DNA of 64,000 nt from Tubulanus polymorphus (lineage: Eukaryota; Animalia; Nemertea), in contig NW_027437468.1 of the NCBI RefSeq assembly GCF_964204645.1, positions 15,001 to 79,000 on the forward strand, in the 5' to 3' direction. Position numbers and translations under genes: made by a program. The notes below the pieces were generated by a model. The model was not told the origin of the DNA. It worked only from the letters and a program-made list of their open reading frames with translations, and searched no databases. Numbering within the stretch: position 1 is the stretch's first letter; the number at the start of each line of letters is the position of its first letter. Positions 11,101-24,069 of this stretch are shown in pieces.

Positions 11101-12829
11101 TAAGATAGAATTCATCATCTTCAGAACCATATTTAGCTAGAAAAATCTGTATCTTTCAACCCATCTACTCGAAATAAGTTCAGTTTACCTTAACCTATCA
11201 TTTCGGATCGAGTCTATCATCTTCAGAACCAAATGCAGCCAGAAAATTCTGATTCTTTCCACCTATCTATTTAAAATCAGTTCAATATGCCTTAACCCAT
11301 CTTTTCAGATTGAATCCATCAACTTCAGAAGCATAAGTAGTCAGAAAATTCTTAATCTTTCAACCAATCTATTAAAAATCAGTTCTGTACATACTAACCC
11401 ATCAATTAAGATAGAATTCATCATCTTTAAAACCATATTTAGCTAGAAAAATCTGTATCTTTCAACCCATCTACTCGAAATAAGTTCAGTTTACCTTAAC
11501 CTATCATTTCGGATCGAGTCTATCATCTTCAGAACCAAATGCAGCCAGAAAATTCTCATTCTTTCCACCTATCTATTTAAAATCAGTTCAATACGCCTTA
11601 ACCCATCTTTTCAGATTGAATCCATCAACTTCAGAAGCATAAGTAGTCAGAAAATTCTTAATCTTTCAACCAATCTATTAAAAATCAGTTCTGTACATCC
11701 TAACCCATCAATTAAGATAGAATTCATCATCTTTAGAACCATATTTAGCTAGAAAAATCTGTATCTTTCAACCCATCTACTCGAAATAAGTTCAGTTTAC
11801 CTTATCCTATCATTTCATATCGAGTCTATCATCCTCAGAACAGAAAGCAGCCAGAAAATTCTGAATCTTTCAACCTATCTATTTGAAATCAGTTCAATAC
11901 GCCTTTACTCATCTTTTCAGATTGAATCCATCATCTTCAGAACCAAAAGCAGCCAGAAAATTCTGTTTCTTTCCACCTATCTATTTGAAATCAGTTCAAT
12001 ACGCCTTTACTCATCTTTTCAGATTGAATCCATCATCTTCAGAACCAAAAGCAGCCAGAAAATTCTGTTTCTTTCCACCTATCTATTTGAAATCAGTTCA
12101 ATACGCCTTTACTCATCTTTTCAGATTGATCCATCATCTTCAGAACCAAAAGCAGCCAGAAAATTCTGTTTCTTTCCACCTATCTTTTTGAAATCAGTTC
12201 AATACGCCCTAACTCATCTTTTCAGATTGAATCCATCATCTTCAGAACCAAAAGCAGCCAGAAAATTCGGTTTCTTTCCACCTATCTATTTGAAATCAGT
12301 TCAATACGCCTTAACCCATCGTTTCAGATTGAATCCATCATCTTCAGAACCAAAAGCAGCCAGAAAATTCTGTTTCTTTCCACCTATCTATTTGAAATCA
12401 GTTCAATACACCCAAACCCATCAATTAAGTTATAATTCATCATCTTTAGAACCATATTTAGCTAGAAAAATCTGTATCTTTCAACCCATCTACTCGAAAT
12501 AAGTTCAGTTTACCTTAACCTATCATTTCGGAACGAGTCTATCATCTTCAGAACCAAATGCAGCCAGAAAATTCTGATTCTTTCCACCAATCTATTTGAA
12601 ATCAGTTCAATAAGCCTTAACCCATCTTTTCAGATTGAATCCATCATCTTTAGAACCAAAAGCAGCCAGAAAATTCGGTTTCTTTCCACCTATCTATTTG
12701 AAATCAGTTCAATACGCCTTAACCCATCTTTTCAGATTGAATCCATCATCTTCAGAACCATATTTAGCTAGAAAAATCTGTATCTTTCAACCCATCTACT
12801 CGAAATAAGTTCAGTTTACCTTAACCTAT

Positions 12830-14740
12830 CATTTCGGATCGAGTCTATCATCTTCAGAACCAAATGCAGCCAGAAAATTCTTATTCTTTCCACCTATCTA
12901 TTTGAAATCAGTTCAATACACCCAAACCCATCAATTAAGTTATAATTCATCATCTTTAGAACCATACTTAGCTAGAAAAATCTGTATCTTTCAACCCATC
13001 TACTCGAAATAAGTTCAGTTTACCTTAACCTATCATTTCGGATCGAGTCTATCATCTTCAGAACCAAATGCAGCCAGAAAATTCTGATTCTTTCCACCTA
13101 TCTATTTGAAATCAGTTCAATACGCCTTTACTCATCTTTTCAGATTGAATCCATCATCTTCAGAACCAAAAGCAGCCAGAAAATTCTTATTCTTTCCACC
13201 TATCTATTTGATATCAGTTCAATACACCCAAACCCATCAATTAAGATAGAATTCATCATCTTCAGAACCAAAAGCAGCCAGAAAATTCGGTTTCTTTCCA
13301 CCTATCTATTTGAAATCAGTTCAATACGCCTTTACTCATCTTTTCAGATTGAATCCATCATCTTTAGAACCAAAAGCAGCCAGAAAATTCTGTTTCTTTC
13401 CACCTATCTATTTGAAGTCAGTTCAATACGCCTTTAATCATCTTTTCAGATTGAATCCATCATCTTCAGAACCAAAAGCAGCCAGAAAATTCTTATTCTT
13501 TCCACCTATCTATTTGAAATCAGTTCAATACACCCAAACCCATCAATTAAGATAGAATTCATCATCTTCAGAACCATATTTAGCTAGAAAAATCTGTATC
13601 TTTCAACCCATCTACTCGAAATAAGTTCAATTTACCTTAACCTATCATTTCGGATCGAGTCTATCATCTTCAGAACCAAATGCAGCCAGAAAATTCTGAT
13701 TCTTTCCACCTATCTATTTTAAATCAGTTCAATAAGCCTTAACCCATCAATTAAGTTATAATTCATCATCTTTAGAACCATATTTCGCTAGAAAAATCTG
13801 TATCTTTCAACCCATCTACTCGAAATAAGTTCAGTTTACCTTAACCTATCATTTCGGATCGAGTCTATCATCTTCAGAACCAAATGCAGCCAGAAAATTC
13901 TTATTCTTTCCACCTATCTATTTGAAATCAGTTCAATACACCCAAACCCATCAATTAAGTTATAATTCATCATCTTTAGAACCATATTTAGCTAGAAAAA
14001 TCTGTATCTTTCAACCCATCTACTCAAAATAAGTTCAGTTTACCTTAACCTATCATTTCGGATCGAGTCTATCATCTTCAGAACCAAATGCAGCCAGAAA
14101 ATTCTGATTCTTTCCACCTATCTATTTGAAATCAGTTCAATACGCCTTTACTCATCTTTTCAGATTGAATCCATCATCTTCAGAACCAAAAGCAGCCAGA
14201 AAATTCTTATTCTTTCCACCTATCTATTTGATATCAGTTCAATACACCCAAACCCATCAATTAAGATAGAATTCATCATCTTCAGAACCAAAAGCAGCCA
14301 GAAAATTCGGTTTCTTTCCACCTATCTATTTGAAATCAGTTCAATACGCCTTTACTCATCTTTTCAGATTGAATCCATCATCTTTAGAACCAAAAGCAGC
14401 CAGAAAATTCTGTTTCTTTCCACCTATCTATTTGAAGTCAGTTCAATACGCCTTTAATCATCTTTTCAGATTGAATCCATCATCTTCAGAACCAAAAGCA
14501 GCCAGAAAATTCTTATTCTTTCCACCTATCTATTTGAAATCAGTTCAATACACCCAAACCCATCAATTAAGATAGAATTCATCATCTTCAGAACCATATT
14601 TAGCTAGAAAAATCTGTATCTTTCAACCCATCTACTCGAAATAAGTTCAATTTACCTTAACCTATCATTTCGGATCGAGTCTATCATCTTCAGAACCAAA
14701 TGCAGCCAGAAAATTCTGATTCTTTCCACCTATCTATTTG
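12830..14740 (+). repeat. 1020-bp (10-monomer) tandem duplication; boundaries approximate
   Basis: Identical ORF patterns at 13310 and 14330 share the GAAGTCAG and TTTAATCAT variants and the TTCAATTTACC variant. The same pair recurs at 49355/50375. Confidence 0.8.
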
Positions 14741-17590
14741 AAATCAGTTCAATAAGCCTTAACCCATCTTTTCAGATTGAATCCATCATCTTTAGAACCA
14801 AAAGCAGCCAGAAAATGCTGTTTCTTTCCACCTATCTATTTGAAATCAGTTCAATACGCCTTAACCCATCTTTTCACATTGATCCATCATCTTTAGAAAC
14901 AAAAGCAGCCAGAAAATTCGGTTTCTTTCCACCTATCTATTTGAAATCAGTTCAATACGCCTTAACCCATCTTTTCACATTGATCCATCATCTTTAGAAA
15001 CAAAAGCAGCCAGAAAATTCGGTTTCTTTCCACCTATCTATTTGAAATCAGTTCAATACGCCTTAACCCATCTTTTCAGATTGAATCCATCATCTTCAGA
15101 ACCAAAAGCAGCCAGAAAATTCGGTTTCTTTCCACCTATCTATTTGAAATCAGTTCAATAAGCCTTAACCCATCTTTTCAGATTGAATCCATCATCTTCA
15201 GAACCAAAAGCAGCCAGAAAATTCGGTTTCTTTCCACCTATCTATTTGAAATCAGTTCAATACACCCAAACCCATCAATTAAGTTATAATTCATCATCTT
15301 TAGAACCATATTTCGCTAGAAAAATCTGTATCTTTCAACCCATCTACTCGAAATAAGTTCAGTTTACCTTAACCTATCATTTCGGATCGAGTCTATCATC
15401 TTCAGAACCAAATGCAGCCAGAAAATTCTTATTCTTTCCACCTATCTATTTGAAATCAGTTCAATACACCCAAACCCATCAATTAAGTTATAATTCATCA
15501 TCTTTAGAACCATATTTAGCTAGAAAAATCTGTATCTTTCAACCCATCTACTCGAAATAAGTTCAGTTTACCTTAACCTATCATTTCGGATCGAGTCTAT
15601 CATCTTCAGAACCAAATGCAGCCAGAAAATTCTGATTCTTTCCACCTATCTATTTGAAATCAGTTCAATACGTCTTTACTCATCTTTTCAGATTGAATCC
15701 ATCATCTTCAGAACCAAAAGCAGCCAGAAAATTCTGATTCTTTCCACCTATCTATTTGAAATCAGTTCAATACGCCTTTACTCATCTTTTCAGATTGAAT
15801 CCATCATCTTTAGAACCAAAAGCAGCCAGAAAATTCTGTTTCTTTCCACCTATCTATTTGAAATCAGTTCAATACGCCTTTACTCATCTTTTCAGATTGA
15901 ATCCATCATCTTCAGAACCAAAAGCAGCCAGAAAATTCTTATTCTTTCCACCTATCTATTTGATATCAGTTCAATACACCCAAACCCATCAATTAAGATA
16001 GAATTCATCATCTTTAGAACCATATTTAGCTAGAAAAATCTGTATCTTTCAACCCATCTACTCGAAATAAGTTCAGTTTACCTTAACCTATCATTTCGGA
16101 TCGAGTCTATCATCTTCAGAACCAAATGCAGCCAGAAAATTCTCATTCTTTCCACCTATCTATTTAAAATCAGTTCAATACGCCTTAACCCATCTTTTCA
16201 GATTGAATCCATCAACTTCAGAAGCATAAGTAGTCAGAAAATTCTTAATCTTTCAACCAATCTATTAAAAATCAGTTCTGTACATCCTAACCCATCAATT
16301 AAGATAGAATTCATCATCTTTAGAACCATATTTAGCTAGAAAAATCTGTATCTTTCAACCCATCTACTCGAAATAAGTTCAGTTTACCTTATCCTATCAT
16401 TTCAGATCGAGTCTATCATCCTCAGAACAGAAAGCAGCCAGAAAATTCTGATTCTTTCAACCTATCTATTTGAAATCAGTTCAATACGCCTTTACTCATC
16501 TTTTCAGATTGAATCCATCATCTTTAGAACCAAAAGCAGCCAGAAAATTCTGTTTCTTTCCACCTATCTATTTGAAATCAGTTCAATACGCCTTTACTCA
16601 TCTTTTCAGATTGAATCCATCATCTTCAGAACCAAAAGCAGCCAGAAAATTCTTATTCTTTCCACCTATCTATTTGATATCAGTTCAATACACCCAAACC
16701 CATCAATTAAGATAGAATTCATCATCTTTAGAACCACATTTAGCTAGAAAAATCTGTATCTTTCAACCCATCTACTCGAAATAAGTTCAGTTTACCTTAA
16801 CCTATCATTTCGGATCGAGTCTATCATCTTCAGAACCAAATGCAGCCAGAAAATTCTGATTCTTTCCACCAATCTATTTGAAATCAGTTCAATAAGCCTT
16901 AACCCATCTTTTCAGATTGAATCCATCATCTTTAGAACCAAAAGCAGCCAGAAAATTCGGTTTCTTTCCACCTATCTATTTGAAATCAGTTCAATACGCC
17001 TTAACCCATCTTTTCACATTGATCCATCATCTTTAGAAACAAAAGCAGCCAGAAAATTCTGTTTCTTTCCACCTATCTTTTTGAAATCAGTTCAATACGC
17101 CCTAACTCATCTTTTCAGATTGAATCCATCATCTTCAGAACCAAAAGCAGCCAGAAAATTCGGTTTCTTTCCACCTATCTATTTGAAATCAGTTCAATAC
17201 ACCCAAACCCATCAATTAAGTTATAATTCATCATCTTTAGAACCATATTTCGCTAGAAAAATCTGTATCTTTCAACCCATCTACTCGAAATAAGTTCAGT
17301 TTACCTTAACCTATCATTTCGGATCGAGTCTATCATCTTCAGAACCAAATGCAGCCAGAAAATTCTTATTCTTTCCACCTATCTATTTGAAATCAGTTCA
17401 ATACACCCAAACCCATCAATTAAGTTATAATTCATCATCTTTAGAACCATATTTAGCTAGAAAAATCTGTATCTTTCAACCCATCTACTCGAAATAAGTT
17501 CAGTTTACCTTAACCTATCATTTCGGATCGAGTCTATCATCTTCAGAACCAAATGCAGCCAGAAAATTCTGATTCTTTCCACCTATCTAT

Positions 17591-20500
17591 TTGAAATCAG
17601 TTCAATAAGCCTTAACCCATCTTTTCAGATTGAATCCATCATCTTTAGAACCAAAAGCAGCCAGAAAATTCGGTTTCTTTCCACCTATCTATTTGAAATC
17701 AGTTCAATACGCCTTAACCCATCTTTTCACATTGATCCATCATCTTTAGAAACAAAAGCAGCCAGAAAATTCGGTTTCTTTCCACCTATCTATTTGAAAT
17801 CAGTTCAATACGCCTTAACCCATCTTTTCAGATTGAATCCATCATCTTCAGAACCAAAAGCAGCCAGAAAATTCTGTTTCTTTCCACCTATCTATTTGAA
17901 ATCAGTTCAACACGCCTTTACTCATCTTTTCAGATTGAATCCATCATCTTTAGAACCAAAAGCAGCCAGAAAATTCTGTTTCTTTCCACCTATTTATTTG
18001 AAATCAGTTCAATACGCCTTTACTCATCTTTTCAGATTGAATCCATCATCTTCAGAACCAAAAGCAGCCAGAAAATTCTGTTTCTTTCCACCTATCTATT
18101 TGAAATCAGTTCAATACGCCTTTAATCATCTTTTCAGATTGAATCCATCATCTTTAGAACCAAAAGCAGCCAGAAAATTCTGTTTCTTTCCACCTATCTA
18201 TTTGAAATCAGTTCAATACGCCTTTACTCATCTTTTCAGATTGAATCCATCATCTTTAGAACCAAAAGCAGCCAGAAAATTCTGTTTCTTTCCACCTATC
18301 TATTTGAAATCAGTTCAATACGCCTTTACTCATCTTTTCAGATTGAATCCATCATCTTCAGAACCAAAAGCAGCCAGAAAATTCTTATTCTTTCCACCTT
18401 TCTATTTGATATCAGTTCAATACACCCAAACCCATCAATTAAGTTATATTTCATCATCTTTAGAACCATATTTAGCTAGAAAAATCTGTATCTTTCAACC
18501 AATCTACTCGAAATAAGTTCAGTTTACCTTAACCTATCATTTCGGATCGAGTCTATCATCTTCAGAACCAAATGCAGCCAGAAAATTCTGATTCTTTCCA
18601 CCTATCTATTTGAAATCAGTTCAATAAGCCTTAACCCATCTTTTCATATTGAATCCATCATCTTTAGAACCAAAAGCAGCCAGAAAATTCGGTTTCTTTC
18701 CACCTATCTATTTGAAATCAGTTCAATACGCCTTAACCCATCTTTTCACATTGATCCATTATCTTTAGAAACAAAAGCAGCCAGAAAATTCGGTTTCTTT
18801 CCACCTATCTATTTGAAATCAGTTCAATACGCCTTAACCCATCTTTTCAGATTGAATCCATCATCTTCAGAACCAAAAGCAGCCAGAAAATTCTGTTTCT
18901 TTCCACCTATCTATTTGAAATCAGTTCAACACGCCTTTACTCATCTTTTCAGATTGAATCCATCATCTTTAGAACCAAAAGCAGCCAGAAAATTCTGTTT
19001 CTTTCCACCTATCTTTTTGAAATCAGTTCAATACGCCCTAACTCATCTTTTCAGATTGAATCCATCATCTTCAGAACCAAAAGCAGCCAGAAAATTCGGT
19101 TTCTTTCCACCTATCTATTTGAAATCAGTTCAATACACCCAAACCCATCAATTAAGTTATAATTCATCATCTTTAGAACCATATTTCGCTAGAAAAATCT
19201 GTATCTTTCAACCCATCTACTCGAAATAAGTTCAGTTTACCTTAACCTATCATTTCGGATCGAGTCTATCATCTTCAGAACCAAATGCAGCCAGAAAATT
19301 CTTATTCTTTCCACCTATCTATTTGAAATCAGTTCAATACACCCAAACCTATCAATTAAGTTATAATTCATCATCTTTAGAACCATATTTAGCTAGAAAA
19401 ATCTGTATCTTTCAACCCATCTACTCGAAATAAGTTCAGTTTACCTTAACCTATCATTTCGGATCGAGTCTATCATCTTCAGAACCAAATGCAGCCAGAA
19501 AATTCTGATTCTTTCCACCTATCTATTTGAAATCAGTTCAATACGTCTTTACTCATCTTTTCAGATTGAATCCATCATCTTCAGAACCAAAAGCAGCCAG
19601 AAAATTCTGTTTCTTTCCACCTATCTATTTGAAATCAGTTCAATACGCCTTTACTCATCTTTTCAGATTGAATCCATCATCTTTAGAACCAAAAGCAGCC
19701 AGAAAATTCTGTTTCTTTCCACCTATCTATTTGAAATCAGTTCAATACGCCTTTACTCATCTTTTCAGATTGAATCCATCATCTTCAGAACCAAAAGCAG
19801 CCAGAAAATTCTTATTCTTTCCACCTATCTATTTGATATCAGTTCAATACACCCAAACCCATCAATTAAGATAGGATTCATCATCTTTAGAACCATATTT
19901 AGCTAGAAAAATCTGTATCTTTCAACCCATCTACTCGAAATAAGTTCAGTTTACCTTAACCTATCATTTCGGAACGAGTCTATCATCTTCAGAACCAAAT
20001 GCAGCCAGAAAATTCTGATTCTTTCCACCTATCTATTTTAAATCAGTTCAATACGCCTTTACTCATCTTTTCAGATTGAATCCATCATCTTTAGAACCAA
20101 AAGCAGCCAGAAAATTCTGTTTCTTTCCACCTATCTATTTTAAATCAGTTCAATACGCCTTTACTCATCTTTTCAGATTGAATCCATCATCTTTAGAACC
20201 AAAAGCAGCCAGAAAATTCTGTTTCTTTCCACCTATCTATTTGAAATCAGTTCAATACGCCTTTACTCATCTTTTCAGATTGAATCCATCATCTTTAGAA
20301 CCAAAAGCAGCCAGAAAATTCTGTTTCTTTCCACCTATCTATTTGAAATCAGTTCAATACGCCTTTACTCATCTTTTCAGATTGAATCCATCATCTTTAG
20401 AACCAAAAGCAGCCAGAAAATTCTGTTTCTTTCCACCTATCTATTTGAAATCAGTTCAATACGCCTTTACTCATCTTTTCAGATTGAATCCATCATCTTC

Positions 20501-23500
20501 AGAACCAAAAGCAGCCAGAAAATTCTTATTCTTTCCACCTATCTATTTGATATCAGTTCAATACACCCAAACCCATCAATTAAGTTATATTTCATCATCT
20601 TTAGAACCATATTTAGCTAGAAAAATCTGTATCTTTCAACCAATCTACTCGAAATAAGTTCAGTTTACCTTAACCTATCATTTCGGATCGAGTCTATCAT
20701 CTTCAGAACCAAATGCAGCCAGAAAATTCTGATTCTTTCCACCTATCTATTTGAAATCAGTTCAATAAGCCTTAACCCATCTTTTCAGATTGAATCCATC
20801 ATCTTTAGAACCAAAAGCAGCCAGAAAATTCGGTTTCTTTCCACCTATCTATTTGAAATCAGTTCAATACGCCTTAACCCATCTTTTCACATTGATCCAT
20901 CATCTTTAGAAACAAAAGCAGCCAGAAAATTCGGTTTCTTTCCACCTATCTATTTGAAATCAGTTCAATACGCCTTAACCCATCTTTTCAGATTGAATCC
21001 ATCATCTTCAGAACCAAAAGCAGCCAGAAAATTCTGTTTCTTTCCACCTATCTATTTGAAATCAGTTCAACACGCCTTTACTCATCTTTTCAGATTGAAT
21101 CCATCATCTTTAGAACCAAAAGCAGCCAGAAAATTCTGTTTCTTTCCACCTATTTATTTGAAATCAGTTCAATACGCCTTTACTCATCTTTTCAGATTGA
21201 ATCCATCATCTTCAGAACCAAAAGCAGCCAGAAAATTCTGTTTCTTTCCACCTATCTATTTGAAATCAGTTCAATACGCCTTTAATCATCTTTTCAGATT
21301 GAATCCATCATCTTTAGAACCAAAAGCAGCCAGAAAATTCTGTTTCTTTCCACCTATCTATTTGAAATCAGTTCAATACGCCTTTACTCATCTTTTCAGA
21401 TTGAATCCATCATCTTTAGAACCAAAAGCAGCCAGAAAATTCTGTTTCTTTCCACCTATCTATTTGAAATCAGTTCAATACGCCTTTACTCATCTTTTCA
21501 GATTGAATCCATCATCTTCAGAACCAAAAGCAGCCAGAAAATTCTTATTCTTTCCACCTATCTATTTGATATCAGTTCAATACACCCAAACCCATCAATT
21601 AAGTTATATTTCATCATCTTTAGAACCATATTTAGCTAGAAAAATCTGTATCTTTCAACCAATCTACTCGAAATAAGTTCAGTTTACCTTAACCTATCAT
21701 TTCGGATCGAGTCTATCATCTTCAGAACCAAATGCAGCCAGAAAATTCTGATTCTTTCCACCTATCTATTTGAAATCAGTTCAATAAGCCTTAACCCATC
21801 TTTTCATATTGAATCCATCATCTTTAGAACCAAAAGCAGCCAGAAAATTCGGTTTCTTTCCACCTATCTATTTGAAATCAGTTCAATACGCCTTAACCCA
21901 TCTTTTCACATTGATCCATTATCTTTAGAAACAAAAGCAGCCAGAAAATTCGGTTTCTTTCCACCTATCTATTTGAAATCAGTTCAATACGCCTTAACCC
22001 ATCTTTTCAGATTGAATCCATCATCTTCAGAACCAAAAGCAGCCAGAAAATTCTGTTTCTTTCCACCTATCTATTTGAAATCAGTTCAACACGCCTTTAC
22101 TCATCTTTTCAGATTGAATCCATCATCTTTAGAACCAAAAGCAGCCAGAAAATTCTGTTTCTTTCCACCTATCTTTTTGAAATCAGTTCAATACGCCCTA
22201 ACTCATCTTTTCAGATTGAATCCATCATCTTCAGAACCAAAAGCAGCCAGAAAATTCGGTTTCTTTCCACCTATCTATTTGAAATCAGTTCAATACACCC
22301 AAACCCATCAATTAAGTTATAATTCATCATCTTTAGAACCATATTTCGCTAGAAAAATCTGTATCTTTCAACCCATCTACTCGAAATAAGTTCAGTTTAC
22401 CTTAACCTATCATTTCGGATCGAGTCTATCATCTTCAGAACCAAATGCAGCCAGAAAATTCTTATTCTTTCCACCTATCTATTTGAAATCAGTTCAATAC
22501 ACCCAAACCCATCAATTAAGTTATAATTCATCATCTTTAGAACCATATTTAGCTAGAAAAATCTGTATCTTTCAACCCATCTACTCGAAATAAGTTCAGT
22601 TTACCTTAACCTATCATTTCGGATCGAGTCTATCATCTTCAGAACCAAATGCAGCCAGAAAATTCTGATTCTTTCCACCTATCTATTTGAAATCAGTTCA
22701 ATACGTCTTTACTCATCTTTTCAGATTGAATCCATCATCTTCAGAACCAAAAGCAGCCAGAAAATTCTGTTTCTTTCCACCTATCTATTTGAAATCAGTT
22801 CAATACGCCTTTACTCATCTTTTCAGATTGAATCCATCATCTTTAGAACCAAAAGCAGCCAGAAAATTCTGTTTCTTTCCACCTATCTATTTGAAATCAG
22901 TTCAATACGCCTTTACTCATCTTTTCAGATTGAATCCATCATCTTCAGAACCAAAAGCAGCCAGAAAATTCTTATTCTTTCCACCTATCTATTTGATATC
23001 AGTTCAATACACCCAAACCCATCAATTAAGATAGGATTCATCATCTTTAGAACCATATTTAGCTAGAAAAATCTGTATCTTTCAACCCATCTACTCGAAA
23101 TAAGTTCAGTTTACCTTAACCTATCATTTCGGAACGAGTCTATCATCTTCAGAACCAAATGCAGCCAGAAAATTCTGATTCTTTCCACCTATCTATTTTA
23201 AATCAGTTCAATACGCCTTTACTCATCTTTTCAGATTGAATCCATCATCTTTAGAACCAAAAGCAGCCAGAAAATTCTGTTTCTTTCCACCTATCTATTT
23301 GAAATCAGTTCAATACGCCTTTACTCATCTTTTCAGATTGAATCCATCATCTTTAGAACCAAAAGCAGCCAGAAAATTCTGTTTCTTTCCACCTATCTAT
23401 TTGAAATCAGTTCAATACGCCTTTACTCATCTTTTCAGATTGAATCCATCATCTTTAGAACCAAAAGCAGCCAGAAAATTCTGTTTCTTTCCACCTATCT

Positions 23501-23808
23501 ATTTGAAATCAGTTCAATACGCCTTTACTCATCTTTTCAGATTGAATCCATCATCTTCAGAACCAAAAGCAGCCAGAAAATTCTTATTCTTTCCACCTAT
23601 CTATTTGATATCAGTTCAATACACCCAAACCCATCAATTAAGTTATATTTCATCATCTTTAGAACCATATTTAGCTAGAAAAATCTGTATCTTTCAACCA
23701 ATCTACTCGAAATAAGTTCAGTTTACCTTAACCTATCATTTCGGATCGAGTCTATCATCTTCAGAACCAAATGCAGCCAGAAAATTCTGATTCTTTCGAA
23801 CAATCTAT
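17591..23808 (+). repeat. ~3.16-kb (31-monomer) higher-order tandem duplication, two copies
   Basis: Constant 3160-bp offset (17794/20954, 18813/21973, 19527/22687, 20076/23236), with shared rare variants CATATTGAA, GATCCATTATC, AAGATAGGAT and GGAACGAG (19971/23131). The second copy is one monomer shorter. Confidence 0.88.
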
Positions 23809-23910
23809 TTGAAATCAGTTCAATAAGCCTTAACCCATCTTTTCAGATTGAATCCATCAACTTCAGAAGCATAAGTAGTCAGAAAATTCTTAATCTTTCA
23901 ACCAATCTAT

Positions 23911-23967
23911 TAAAAATCAGTTCTGTACATCCTAACCAGAAAATTCTTATTCTTTCCACCTATCTAT
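23911..23967 (+). repeat. Truncated 57-bp monomer (deletion junction)
   Basis: TTCTGTACATCCTAACC is joined directly to AGAAAATTCTTATTC, shifting the register by 45 bp relative to the 102-bp lattice. Confidence 0.92.
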
Positions 23968-24069
23968 TTGAAATCAGTTCAATACGCCTTTACTCATCTT
24001 TTCAGATTGAATCCATCATCTTTAGAACCAAAAGCAGCCAGAAAATTCTGTTTCTTTCCACCTATCTAT

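Noticed and set aside
14815-14997. ATG-initiated ORF MLFLSTYLFE... (also at 25472, 28835, 50860)
   Set aside because: The ATG comes from a single SNP (AAAATTCTG>AAAATGCTG) and the ORF runs through frameshifting D monomers. It is useful only as a duplication marker.
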